Source: Chrysomallon squamiferum (lineage: Eukaryota; Animalia; Mollusca). From it: 64,000 nt of DNA. The stretch covers positions 16,058,001-16,122,000 of the forward strand of contig CM022675.1 in the NCBI GenBank assembly GCA_012295275.1. Direction: 5' to 3'. The notes below the pieces were generated by a model. The model was not told the DNA's origin and made no database searches. It worked only from the letters and a program-made list of their open reading frames with translations. Made by a program: the position numbers and the translations under genes. Shown here piece after piece: positions 1 through 35,614 of this stretch. Position 1 is the stretch's first letter, and each line of letters starts with the position of its first letter.

Positions 1-180
1 ATGTTTAATCTGCATTTACTGAATAAGTATTTTGAAAACTGAAATGTACATTTTAAATCTAAATTTACTGAAATACGTATTTTGAAAGCTGAAATGTGCA
101 TTTTTAAATCTCTGTTCACTGAAATAAGCATTTTCACTGCTATAATATACATTTTTAGTCTGAATTTACTGAAATACGTT
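1..180. repeat. Degenerate tandem repeat, unit ~45-55 bp, ~4 copies (may continue beyond the window start)
   Basis: Recurring ttt(a)aatct...tttactgaaata(a/c)gtattttgaaa.ctgaaatgt.ca blocks. Confidence 0.6.
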
Positions 181-1038
181 GTGGAGACATTTACAGTCAG
201 TATATAGGTTTAACGTGATCTCTTACAGAACAAATATAAATTCTTTAAACAGACGCAGAGGCTCTAATTTTAGATGTTTGCGATTATAAAGAAGTTATTT
301 TTGTACAGCAATTAATCTGAATGCTATTTTTACACCCTATGCCGCAGCACAAACACATAAATTGTTCTGAAGTAATAACGAAAATAAACTCGATATCAGA
401 AATAATTACGAACACCATAACACGTTTGTGCGTGTTTTCGACCTAATCCTAATTTCACAAACTCTATTCACGACGTTTTGTGATCTGTCAGTTTCGTTAT
501 AAAGATAGCGTGAAATAAAAATATAATTTATCGTTTCATAATTTATTGCAGTATATGTGCGTTGTGTTAATTCTATTTTTAAATATTCCTTTGTGATTTT
601 AAATAAATAATCGTGCAATTAAGATTTCATTCAATAAACGATTATTATAATTTGATTCAACAAACCATTTTTATCATAATAATAATAATAACAGTAACAA
701 CAATATAACCAAGAAAACCGTATCTGTGACAAAAGAAAAATAGTTATTTTGCATAGTTGAAATATAAATTGCATAAAATCTATAATATATACAAAATAGA
801 TAAGGTTATATACACACAAGTATTATTATGTTATTGAATTAATTAAAACATAAAAAACAGCTGCAGCAGCTGAACACTAATTGTAAATCACAGCCAATAT
901 TGTTATTTGAAACTCTACAAATACAGTTCTAACTGCAGACTATAAAACCCAAACCGTAACTTCATATACATAAAAGCATTATTATTACGATGATGATGAT
1001 GATGAAGATGATGATAATAAATAACTATAATGATGAAT

Positions 1039-1077
<39 letters not shown>

Positions 1078-1112
1078 TAAAACAACAACAATAATAATAA
1101 CAGTACTACTAC

Positions 1113-1164
<52 letters not shown>

Positions 1165-2647
1165 CTGATGAAAATAAAAAAAATATGGAAGCCTATATTA
1201 AGATTAAGTTAGTAAGAAACGAAGTTCTGGTTATTATTAAATATTCTATATGTTCGCATTTTTTATCGTAAATATATTTTGATTGAATGGCACAGTGAAG
1301 AATTTTATTTTTTCACAAAACAGTCTAGAATAGTATTTAAAAATTACAACAGTAGAACACACATATGAAAATGACGTCACAGGAGCCGAAAGCATTCGTT
1401 TGATTTTTATCAAGATATTTGTAAATATCGCTTACATTAGAATTATCTTCACAATGAAATTTAATCTTACTTGAATGTGGAAAATAAAATTTAATTAATT
1501 TTTCACCTTTTTGGGACTTCTAAAATGTTCTGTGTATTTGTTGAGTTAACGTTTTTCAAAAAGAGTAAAACTGTGTCAATGTGAACTGGTGACAAAAAAA
1601 AAAAAAAAAAAAAAAAAAAAGAAAAAGAAAAAAAGAAAAAGAAAAAAGAAAGAAAGAAGAAGAAAGGTGAAAACGACTATAAGAAAGCACTGGTTACATG
1701 TCAACATCAAACGATACATATAATAACAGTCATAAATATTATCAATGAAAAACATCTTCTTTTATATGAAAATAAAAAAATAAAAAATAAAACAGATGAT
1801 GAAGAAGAAAAAAAGAAGAAGAAAAAGAAAAACAGACAATAAATAAATTAATAAATAAACAAACAAACAAAAAGAAAAACAAACAAACAAACAAATACAT
1901 TTTAGAAAGTCGAAAGGATATTTGTCGTCATGTTTAGGAATTCGTATTAGGGTTCTACTGTTAATATTAGCAACAAAGTGTCTTAGTTAAGTTTTACACT
2001 AGAAACAAGTTATTTCAGTGTTAGTAGTAGATAAAAGTACACAAGTCATATATCACGAAGTTCTTCCAAACGTGTTGTTTTCGAATATCTATCACAAAAC
2101 CGATATAAAATCAAGGGAAGGCACCGGTGCATAATTTATTACCACTGAATTGTTTCCCTTTGTAATAAATTATCTGGTGTTGAACCCTGTAAAAAAAGAA
2201 AAAAAAAGAAATAACAACAATAATAATAATAACAACAACAACAACAACAGAATTATTAGTTTCGTTACTAATACTATTAGCAAGAACGACAACTAGCTGG
2301 GAAATGGATTAAATTGCTTTGCCTCTTTCTTCGACTTGACTAGTAAAACTGGATGGGGCGCGGTGTTTTCAACTAAACGAGTTCTGAGACTGACGTAGAT
2401 TCAGAGCTTCAGTTCGTCAGAACCTGGTCGAGATTCACGGATAATCAATTCTGCTGTTTTTACTGGGATTCTAATAACCACAATTAACTACATAACAACT
2501 CTGTCAGGATACTGAAGTTAGCATTTGAAAAAATCTGCTGATAAACTGTACTGCGGCTGAAGAAGAAAATTATCATTGCAACATCGGCTCCAGTAATTGA
2601 CATTACTGCGATAACGAACCCGGAATCACAGAAAATAGCTTTCATTG

Positions 2648-2658
2648 ATCTCTGTCTG

Positions 2659-2747
<89 letters not shown>

Positions 2748-2870
2748 TTATCTATCCATCTATCTATCTATCTGTCTATCTATCTATCTATCTATCCATC
2801 TATCCATATATCCATCTATCTATCTATCTATCTATCTATCTATTTCTATCTATCTATATGTCTATCTATA
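2648..2870. repeat. (TATC)n/(TGTC)n tetranucleotide microsatellite
   Basis: Directly visible. It explains the spurious ORF 2645..2875. Confidence 0.95.
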
Positions 2871-3027
2871 ACTAAAGAAAATCGTGTTTATTCCGTGAAG
2901 ACTGTATATATCAAAGACGTACATTAAAGATTGTATTTAGTAAACTAATTAGGTAAATCTCTACATTTCCTACAGAAATTATCGACAAACGCTGGGCGAT
3001 AATAATAGTAAAGCCGTGAACTTCATC

Positions 3028-3099
<72 letters not shown>

Positions 3100-3649
3100 A
3101 CACTCACACGCAGTAATTATCAGTTTGTATTTACTAAGTAAACTCACAAAAACCAGACTCATTTCTATCAAGAATTACCTCACAGGTATCTCTGCACGTA
3201 CGGGAATCTGAAACTTGTAACAAGCCCAGTTTCACACACGAAGCCAATAACAATTAACGAGCAAAAAAGAAAACGGCTTCATTACTGCAATCATCATAAA
3301 ACGCGATGTCGTTGCACATGTTTAAGACAATCTCAACCGATCTTGTCATTACTACTGAGTATTTAAAACAATAACACTTTTACAACCGACCTTGGTATGT
3401 CATTAGATAATAGAGTGTTAGATAATAGGACGCAGGTTGCTGTATTGGGTGTCTGGTTGGGAGGGGCAGATCACTTGATACGCGCACTAAACAAGACTTG
3501 TATTCAGTGAGTGCAATATCGTCTTTCTTCCGTGACCTCACAATGCGGCAGACACCCACTTGGTTTGGCTTTCAAATTGCTGATCACGATTTTTATTTTT
3601 ATACTTTTATAAATATATATTTGTTTATGTACAAATAAATCATTAACAC

Positions 3650-3698
<49 letters not shown>

Positions 3699-3911
3699 CT
3701 GTAATAATAATAATAACAATAATGATGATAATAATAATAATAACAATAATGATGATAATAATAATGATAACAATAATAAAAACAGTAATGATGATAATAA
3801 TAATAATAATAATAATGCATTACAATTAAAAAGGACTTCTTGCTTACTTTGAACAGAATACGGTTGATATCGTTAACTACGTGTTAAACAGAAGAGTTAC
3901 CTGCAGCAGCA

Positions 3912-25076
<21,165 letters not shown>

Positions 25077-25150
25077 TTCGGCACGTGTCTGTTCTCTTCT
25101 GAACGCAAAGGTAAGTCTACTCTACTTAAATCAACCACAACTTTCGTGTC

Positions 25151-25290
25151 GTGTGCACAACTGGCTTCTGGATTCACGATACAAGATGGCGGCTATTCGC
25201 TACTGGCGAGAGGCGTTATGTGAAGCACAATAGAATGGATTCACGTGATGCGATATGTGAATAAAGTGAGGCGCATTATGGGAGTTTTAT
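25151..25290 (-). promoter_or_regulatory. Putative ZIP proximal promoter/5'UTR motif cluster (MRE, YY1-like, E-box, ZNF143/SBS-like)
   Basis: TGCACAC (MRE core TGCRCNC) on minus at 25151-25157; CAAGATGGCGGC at 25182-25193; TCACGTGA at 25241-25248; GCATTATGGGA at 25273-25283. All sit in a GC-richer island just upstream of the ATG at 25076. Confidence 0.5.
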
Positions 25291-25963
25291 TCTTAAAAAT
25301 TCAAACAACCTTTGACCTAATTATATACCAGTACGGTCATATGGATGAGGTATGGAGAATTTTGAATGGAGAATGAGGTATGGAGAAATGTCAAAATAAA
25401 AATGAAAGAAATTGAGCGTGAATGTTTAGATGGGGGGAAAAGTATATAGACCTGTAAAAAAGTGGGTTTTAAAAAAAAAAAAAATAAATAAAATAAAATA
25501 AAAAAGAAGCTAAAAAAAAATGAAAAGAAAAGAAAAAAGATTTGAAAAGAAAAACAATGAAACAAAACAATTAAGAGCCTTAAGGAATGATTGAAAAAAA
25601 AATGAAAGATTTGAAAAAATAAAATAATAATGAATTTATTATTTAAAAATGACAATGAAATAAATTATAAAGACATTTACTAAGAAGAGCAATATTCAAT
25701 AAATTAAGAAGAAATACAGAACCTTTTTTTCTTTTTTTTTTCTTTTAAAAAAAAAAAAAAAGTAACAGACTATATTTTAAAAAACTAAAAACGGCAGACG
25801 TTCGCATATATAAACTGTTCCTCGACTAGTTATCGTAAATAAAGATTCTTCATTTTCATTTTTCTTAATCTTTCCTTTATTTTTTTTTCTTTCCGTTTTA
25901 TTAAAGCGTACCTTTGATAATAAGAAGAATTAGCCTAAATTATAATATACTGCCAAGTTATGC

Positions 25964-26029
<66 letters not shown>

Positions 26030-26347
26030 CGATCTGATCTTAATTAACAATGAAATATACTAACAACGGTTTCAAAAATCTGTGCGCGATAATTTTATCG
26101 TTTCTGTACTCGTGACGTCATCGCTTGCAGGAGGATCGATTTGGGCAAAACATTAGAGAAACTGCCGCTATTAGACCTCCACACGTACTCGATGACGTCA
26201 TCACTCTAAGTAGACGTTTTGCCGCTGTTATTTTACAGTCGAACTTAAATCAAAACTTTATTATTCTCTTCTTGTTTCCTTTACTTTTCGTAAAAAAGTT
26301 GTTGTTTTTTTTTTTTTTTTTGTATAAAGTTGTTGTTGTTGTTGTTG

Positions 26348-26397
<50 letters not shown>

Positions 26398-27669
26398 GTT
26401 ATTATTATTATTATTAAAGATTATCACAAGATTAAAATATTCAGAACGGCATCGTGTCAGTATGTCTGTTAGCGTTTTACAACATTATTTGAAATACGTT
26501 GTCATGGCAACATTACGTTTTGACTGCCATTTTGATCAAACGAATAACTGAGGTTTAAACGGACCTGGTACTATGAAACACGCGCAGTGAGCTTTGAACT
26601 GCTGATGTTTGTAAATCTAACTTTAAACGGCGACACTCCTAGTTTAGACCACAGAGAAATCGTTAATGGGATTTTTCTTCTTTTTATTTACAAAGAAACA
26701 AAATAACATGAAATATTCAGCTGTCGTTGTAAATGGAATATGTAAAGTTTAAAATGTAATGGGTATACATACAAATACACAATCACAAATATACAAACAC
26801 GAACGCTTACGGATATATATGTAATTTTAACAGGTGTGTTAATTGCATGTTAATTGCCGACACAATTGTTATATGTATCCATTTATATATATTTATGTAT
26901 AAATTATGCATGTTTAATATGTACATATTTTAAGTGTTGTGTGTGACTGTATTTTTTTGTATTTTATTTAAGATCTCTTTTAAAATGTGTGTGTGTGTGT
27001 GTTCTTCTTTTGAACTAGTTCACTCAAACTCGTGTTGGTAGTCCTCAACTCACTGATACACAGAAATCTGTTGATAGCTCTGTCTCACTCTCGCAGCTTT
27101 TCTAACGACTTCGCGTTTCAGTGGAATCATTCTGTGACAAAGTCAAGGAATTGCTCACTAAGTACTTCCTGTCTTTGAAATGTTGCTTTCACGTAGGAAT
27201 GTGTGTTACATCAATACTTCTAATCAGACATCACGAAATATTGATGTTCCATACCGGTACAACCCAGCTCCTACAGAAAACACAACACACTAATTAGTGT
27301 TCAGCCCAGCTTCACTGGCCGTTTTAAATGTCATTTCTCTACAAGAAGATAAATTATTGCAGTAGTCACTGACCCCTATACAACCATTTTCATAGATACG
27401 GGTTTTCTTTACACACACACACACACACACACATACACAAACATACACAAACACATAAACATATACACACACACAAACACACAAAAACACACACACACAC
27501 TCATACACACACACACACAATTACATTCTTGACATCAATAATAGACTGCCATTTGATAAATTTCCAGTTCTTTTTTCCCCTTTCTTTTTGTTTACATATT
27601 AAATTTGTTCAGTGTTGTCTAATGTTAACAACAACAATAATAATAATACGTTGTTGTTAGTTGCTGCTA

Positions 27670-27863
27670 TTGTTACAACCACAACCACAACTAAAATGAA
27701 GATTACTACTACCGATAAACACTACTGCTACTACTGTTTTACAAATATTACTTTTACTACCGCTAGCATCACTAGCACTCCTCTCATCCCAGCTTTTAAA
27801 CTACCACCATCAGTACTGCTAATACTGGTGTTATCACTAGTGTAATAATAAAACAACAATGGC

Positions 27864-27866
<3 letters not shown>
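27670..27866 (-). repeat. ~200-bp dispersed repeat, inverted copy 2
   Basis: See 14049-14245. Confidence 0.9.
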
Positions 27867-27900
<34 letters not shown>

Positions 27901-28800
27901 GCATTAATAATAACAACAATGAAAACAATAGCAATAACAGCAACAGCAACAACAATAATAATACGTGGGTTTTACCGTAAATAACACCGTACCTCAAACC
28001 CAGTAATCTGATATCTTTGTATTATTCGATGATAAATCTCTAAAAGCATTATTTAAAATCGCACCAGACCTAAAGAATTTGTATGGTGTATTTGTCACGC
28101 GACATTTGCTTGAATGGAGCAAATAATCTGACAGCAGGAAACAGTGAGGGGAAGCTGCGGCTTGTATCCTGCTTTCACTGGAGAAATAAAAAAATAATAA
28201 AACAAATACGAATACAAAATTAAAGATGATAATTAGCTACTTAATATGTACTCCGAGACATAGGCGTATATATAATATGTATTTTGATATATTTAAAATT
28301 AACCTGTTTCAAGCGTTGATCATTTACTTTTAAAATTTCGATTTAGCCCATTTCGTTCTTATCATGAGATAATATTTTCTAGACTACAAACATTTCAAAA
28401 GAAAACTTCAAGTAACAGATCTCCATTCAACAGATCGGATTAGGCGTACTCTACTTTAGTCTACTTTTTCAGCTACGAAGCAAGCGTTTAATTTTCCCTG
28501 CATCAGCGGAGTCAGTATTTGAAAGGTCGCGCTGTGTGGGTAGCGTAGGTGGATGAGTCAAACCCACTCGTAACTCTCCGTGTAGACAACATCAACTGAC
28601 GTACAGTGTCGTAACTGCTAACGATTTCGATTAATAGCAGAGTATTAAAACTGAAGTGCTGTAACATTTAAATATCCATTTAGAAAAGATTTGCGATTTA
28701 TCGAAAGTCAGGCATCAAGTGGTACTCCTTTGCAATGAATTAAGTTATCATCATCGTTATTATTATTTATTTATTTATTTTTATTTGATAGTTATTCCAG

Positions 28801-28857
<57 letters not shown>

Positions 28858-29089
28858 GAAATAGAAAAATAGAAAAGGTTTGCACAATCCGCGAGCTAAT
28901 AAAACCAATCTGCTAATTAGAATTTTAGGTAACTTAAACACTGGAAAATATCCTCTTACGATGTCACACACATAACATCTTTTATCTCCGATTTGGTTTT
29001 CTTCATTTTTATCAATATTTAATTATTTAAACAACTAACAGTTATACTTAATAAAATTGTACATCAGTTTCAAATTAACAAATAATTAC

Positions 29090-29142
<53 letters not shown>

Positions 29143-29217
29143 TTTGAGTTCTGTAAATTGTCTTTAGGAATTGCTTCAAAAAAAAAAAAGGTTTAATATA
29201 TTTCAAAAAAAAAACAG

Positions 29218-29487
29218 CAGGATGCAGATCAATGGTAGATTATCTGCTCACAGTGTGGTGGGTTGTTGGATCTATTCCTATCAGTGGACTAATTGAGCCA
29301 TTTCTCATTCCAGCCAGTGCTCAACAGCTTGTGTCCTGTGGGAAGATGAACAAAAATATTCCTTGCTGCTTAATAAGAAATATTAACCCATGAAGTGGAG
29401 GCAGAGGATTTCATCTCTTTTTATCTAAATATTCTTCTACATACAACAATAAATAAAATGTGTTGAGACGTAAGTATAACTTTTCCT
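29218..29487 (+). mobile_element. Degenerate tRNA-derived SINE with a V-domain-like core
   Basis: Decayed A/B-box head (gatcaatggtaga...ggatctattcc), then tttctcattccagccagtgctc, a V-domain-like core ccttgctgct...aacccatgaagtggaggcagaggatttc, and tail aaataaaatgtgttgag. Recognised from memory of V-SINE sequences. Confidence 0.65.
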
Positions 29488-30006
29488 CCCTTAGAGTAGT
29501 AAAAAGATTGGAAACATGAGATCTATTTTATTATTATTTTTCTTTTTACATCTTCAGTTTTTGAAGACTGTGTAAAATAATATATATATTTTTTTTTAGT
29601 GTATTCTTCTTCAACCCAACACATAACAATGCTCTAATGGTGGACTTTTGTATGTGTAAGTTGAAACGGGTAGGTATTATAAGAAAGAAGGACTAACTGT
29701 CACATACAATACAAAATTAATGTTAGAATCAGGACAGCATAAATTTTTTACAGGATAAATGAATGCACCAGGACCTATGTACACAAATCTACTGACACCA
29801 GTAAGCTGACAGTGAGCCAGCACTCAGAACAGTCAAATCAAACAAAACAAATTGTAACCAAAAATTAATATATATTTATATATTATGTTTATGAAAAGTT
29901 TAATAATGTAAGCACCATACATTGCACGTTTAGAGACTTTTAGCAGAAACATGTTAAATACAATTACTGTAAGACTATCGCTGGCTTTCTCAAGTCTAAT
30001 TGTTTT

Positions 30007-30101
<95 letters not shown>

Positions 30102-30852
30102 ATCAGTATATCTGTTATTAATGCCATCAGTAACAGTTCTTCTATCACAGAATGGTCTATAATAATGTCTATGAATTCTTCAGTTTATCTTATTTATTTA
30201 TTTATTTTTATTTGCTGAAATTCATCAAAACAGAACTACACGTGTTGACGTAATTAAATGTATTAATGACAACAAACAGTTACACCAAAAAGTTTTCTTT
30301 TTAAATCTCAAGGATCCAGTTTCAAAGGAGATCCATGATGTACATATCTATTTTGGCACTTTAACCTTTGATTATCTGAAGGTTGTATTTATTTCTGAAA
30401 GAATACCTGTATAGTAACCTAGCTATAATAACATCAAACTATATCTAACAACGTAATATAGAAAAACATGTTTTTCAACAGTATACTTGAAATAATATGT
30501 ATGCAAAGTCAATAAATAATGGCTACATGATACATCAATGAATGAATGGATCAAGCAAGATCAATATTAAAATTACAAATCATTAAAATCCTGATATCCA
30601 TGAGTTAAACTTTGTTAACTTGTATTGACTATGTAGAAATATTTGTGTGTTTGAAATCATGTTGTGTTTTGGTCTGTGTATACTGAGAAAGGAGTCAGCT
30701 CAATGATCAGTTACAGACAGGCTGGGTTACATTGTTACATGACTCAGAGAGCTGCATGCAGCATTTTGTCACTAAATACAAAGATAACTTGTACAAGGCA
30801 TGCAAACAAGTTGTCTCCCTTCCATTAATGCAGCTGTTTAAAAAGTCTCATC

Positions 30853-33800
30853 TCATTTTGGTCGAACTCGGCTGATTTTCTTTGACTTGTCTGCTGTTTT
30901 TGGTGGAGGTATAGCACCAGCAGTGATGTGTCGATCATACAGACTGAAATACACAAAAATGTCAACCATACAGACTGAAATACACAAAAATGTCAACCAT
31001 ACAGACTGAAATACACAAAAATGTCAACCATACAGACTGTAATACACAAATATGTCAACCATACAGACTGAAATACACAAAAATGTCAACCATACAGACT
31101 GTAATACACAAATATGTCAACCATAGACTGAAATACACAAAAATGTCAACCATACAGACTGTAATACACAAATATGTCAATAATAAACATCATTTTGAGT
31201 ACAGTTGCAACTTGCATATAAAACAATAACATATAATCATACAGACATAAACAAATATTAGTGACATTAATTTTTTGTTAAATTCAAAGAGCACTTACAA
31301 TGTGTGTGTGTTATAAAATACTAATGATCTAAATAAACTCACAACTTGTATGTGTCAGATCTGATGTAATCAAACACGTGAGATATTCCAACTTGAAACT
31401 GGTCAGCTATCGGCATCACCCAGGGGTTGTTGTCTGCCTTGAACACCTGCTTCATACCTACCAGGTCCAGATTACCTGTAATCAACACATGTTAATTTCA
31501 CCAGGAATACAATTTAAATCACACTAACGTATTTTAAAAGTTAAAAAAAATAAGATAAAATAAGATAAAAACTAAAACATCAGTAACAATAATAATGATA
31601 AAATAAATGTACAAAATAAGGGATAATTCACATTACAATAATCTTCTAATTGAAAATACATTTTATCTATCATTCAATAAAATTATTTCAACAGAAAACT
31701 TGCACTATATGAACAAAACTGATTTTAAAACAACTTAACAAGATTGTTCTGTCATAATGACTTAGAGAAAATAGGCTTTAAAATAAATAATATACTTGTG
31801 TGAGATATTGTTTGGTGCTACTTCATCCTTCTAAGTAACATTTAAAAAAAATTCAGCCATACCACGAATTAAAACTATTCTATCTACTACAATATTCTTC
31901 TGATTAGTACTAATCTCTTACACAGCTCAAAAGCTATCACTAAACCAGTACTACATCTTCAGTGATCCCAGCCTAATAATACTTTTATTACAAGTTCTGC
32001 TTTCACAATGACAAGTGACATTAGAAACAAGTGTTATTTCTAATGCAGGAATGATTTTAATATATGCAATGTATGGAATAACTGTAATATGGAATGACTA
32101 ATCTAGGATAACTGTAATATATATAATGTATGGAATAACTGTAATATGACTAATCTAGGAAACTGTAATATATATAATGTATGGAATAGCTGTAATATGA
32201 CTAATCTAGGAGTAACTAATATATATAATGTTGTAGGAATAAATATATTATAGTTTTACTAGTAACTGTAATATATTAAAGAAATAAATGTAATACATCT
32301 AATGTTGTAGTAATAACTGTAACACATGTAACACTAGGGATAACTCTAACAAACCTATCTCAGGTGGCAGCACTGTCAGTCTGTTACCCTGTATGTGTAG
32401 TTCTCTCAGTCTCAGCAGATCCCCAACTTCCTTTGGTAACATGATTAAATCATTTTCTCTCAAACACAGCTGAGGAAATGAAACAAAACATCAATAAATA
32501 CTGTATGTATAACATTAACTTCATTAATGTAGTTCATAGAGCTTTTATCAGCTTGAAGATCTTCCATGATATATTTTTATTGGGAAAGAAGGGTTTTTCT
32601 TTGGCTTCTTACTTTATTACCATACTGAATTATTATGAAAGAATGGGTCCATTATGTTAAGATAAATAATTAGGAAGTCAACATTAAGTAACTATGCTTC
32701 TTGTTCCAGTGAAGATGGATAAACATTTCAGCAAGAGAAAATAGATTAATAAGTAAAAGCAATCTGTTACTTGGGGAATTCAGCTGATAATTTCAGTCCT
32801 TCTATCTTGCAGACAAATAATAAATAAACACAACCAATAAAAATACATATCAATAAGATGAGAATAATACTAAATGTAGCCTTTATGATCTTATCAGGCT
32901 TAATTGTGTTGCACTTTACTATCAGCAAAAGGTTAAATACAATAAATCAGTTGGCAGGGTATTAAATGTATTAATACTATTAATTCATATTCTCACAACA
33001 CCACATTAAACTGATGAAGTAATAAATTTGGTCCATTCTACTGAAAGTATTTATTTGACCACAACATTTTAAATAACTCAAACTTGGTAACACATGTATA
33101 TACAATAAGTCAATAATTTTTCTTAAACATGTAACAAGTGGATCAAATGAAATACAGAAAACAAAAATCTGATTCATGGAAATTATAATTGGTAACTTAT
33201 AAGGTGAAGAATTTATGTATTATTTTCCTATGTATAACAGGGGGGTTTTCAATGTAACACCTGATAAATATAGTTTTTAAAGTTTGTTTAAAGTTGTGAA
33301 CTTGTTTTATCATAGCTAACTATGACTTCAAGAGACAATTCAAACATATGAAGTATATAAAATAAATGCATTTATATTTTTTTGCTTACAAAATGACAAG
33401 TTCACATTTAAAGATTAACTTGTTATAACTGCTGAGAATGTAAGATTATAATAAAACAATACACTAAGTTTATTTTCCATTGAAAAAAGAAACAAAGAAA
33501 CAAGCTGAAACAAGGTAGATACACGTAGGTGAAATTACACAGAATGAAGATAACTTAACTGTTTGCAGATTTTTCAGTTTACCGATTTCTGCTGGTAGAG
33601 TTTCAAAATCATTGTCACCAAGGTACAGAGCTCTCAGTGTGTCTGAAAATTAAATTTAACAATTTTAAAAATCTAAACAAATTAATCAACTGTATTTAGT
33701 TACAACCGTGCCTCTCAACATGTCATAAAGCAGCAGAATGACAAACTTGTTTCACTAAAGAAATACGCAGGCACATCTCAAGTGTACCAACTGATATTAT

Positions 33801-34105
33801 TTTGTGTTACATTTTAATATTCACAATTAACAAAGGATATTAAAATAATTAAATAATAAAAGTGAAAGATTTTTTTTAAAAATGCCCTGTCATTGCTACA
33901 CAAATTACAGTGATCAAGGTTTTAATGAAATGATACAAAATGGGTAACAAGAAGAAAAACTAATGAACATCTGCTATTGCATCACAGTATAAAACAATTT
34001 CACATGAAAAAAAATAATAATAAATCAATAAATCAACAAACAAACAAATAAATAAATGATGATCAGAATAATAATAATAATAGTAATAATAATAATAATA
34101 ACAAT

Positions 34106-34138
<33 letters not shown>

Positions 34139-35555
34139 AAGAAGACGACGATGATGATGATAAAGATGAAGATGAAGATGAAGAATAAATAAATAAATAA
34201 ATATACCAAAATGTTTTTTTGGTTCAGTTATACAACAACACATTTATTACTATAAATGCTGTCCTATAAATGCGTGAATTATTAAAATTTACTAATATTA
34301 AGATAAAATGTACCTAAACAGAAGAAGTTTCCTGGCAAACTTCTTTCACTGAGGTTGTTGTACGTCAGATCAAGTACTTCGAGAACGGGAAATGATCCGA
34401 ATCCACGAGGCAGCGAACTGATTTTGTTCATACTGGAAATACATTCACAAAATAAAGGTGAAAATGAAAAATGAAATATGTATGTATAAAATTTAAAAAA
34501 TCAAAGGTTATGAAAAATCATTTTATTAATATTTTGATTATGAATTTGTTTTGTAGTTCTCAGAATATTAAAGGAAATTTTTAAATAGATTCAAAACTTG
34601 ATAATGTTTTTAAAAATAACAAATGACACATGACTCAAGTCCACTGAAGTTTATTTCAACAGCTCAAGTAACTGTGTATCTAAAATGACAAAACTTCACA
34701 TGACATTTCTCTGTGTGATTACACAACAGGCTTAGTTATACACTTAATAGAGAAAGAGTCATTGAATCCGTGGTACAGTTAAAACAGAGTAAAACATCTA
34801 TTTTTAGTCCTTCTTTTAAAGCATTTCTGTCAAATATAAATAACAGACTTACCCAACATTCAGAATCTTCAGCCTGGGCATAGTACATAGTGTAGTTGGT
34901 AATTCCTTTGATCCAGAACATAACAAGAAATAATGTTATGAAATATATAAACAGATGTATTTTGGCTCCTAAAAACTCTTAGTATTAAAAATTACATACA
35001 TCTATTTTAATCAAACAATAAATAAACACTTAAGGCAATATCTAATATAAGTGGTGGAAAAAAATCAGCCAAGTAACTAACAATTTATAAATTATATACT
35101 ATACCTTTTCTTTAACGTTTTAAAGTTTATGTAAAAGATTATTCTGAACTATAAAATTTTATTGACAGGCTTGCAAAATTAAAACTAACAGCTAATTTTC
35201 TCACTTAAGAAATCTGATAATGTGTTAACTATTGTTGGTAGAATTAGCACAAAATTTAAATTTACCTCTATGCAGTTGTTGAACAGATTCAGGATTTCCA
35301 GGTTTACAAAGTCAGCTATACTGGGAGGAATATCTAAAGAAAACGAGTAAAATCTGAATAATTACAGTGTGAATATTAGCAGCATATTTTCTATTAACTA
35401 TAAATGATTCTAAAAACTATTTATATCTGAAAATTAATAATGGCCACTGTAAAACAATATGTTGTGTGTATGTGTGTTGGTTGCTATTAATTTTCAAATA
35501 AAAATAAAAAGACAGAGACACATTTACCCACACACACATTTAGAGAGAGAGAGAG

Positions 35556-35614
<59 letters not shown>

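Noticed and set aside
25108-25116. Perfect plus-strand donor AAG|GTAAGT suggesting an antisense transcript over ZIP exon 1
   Set aside because: An isolated 9-mer with no identifiable partner exon or ORF.
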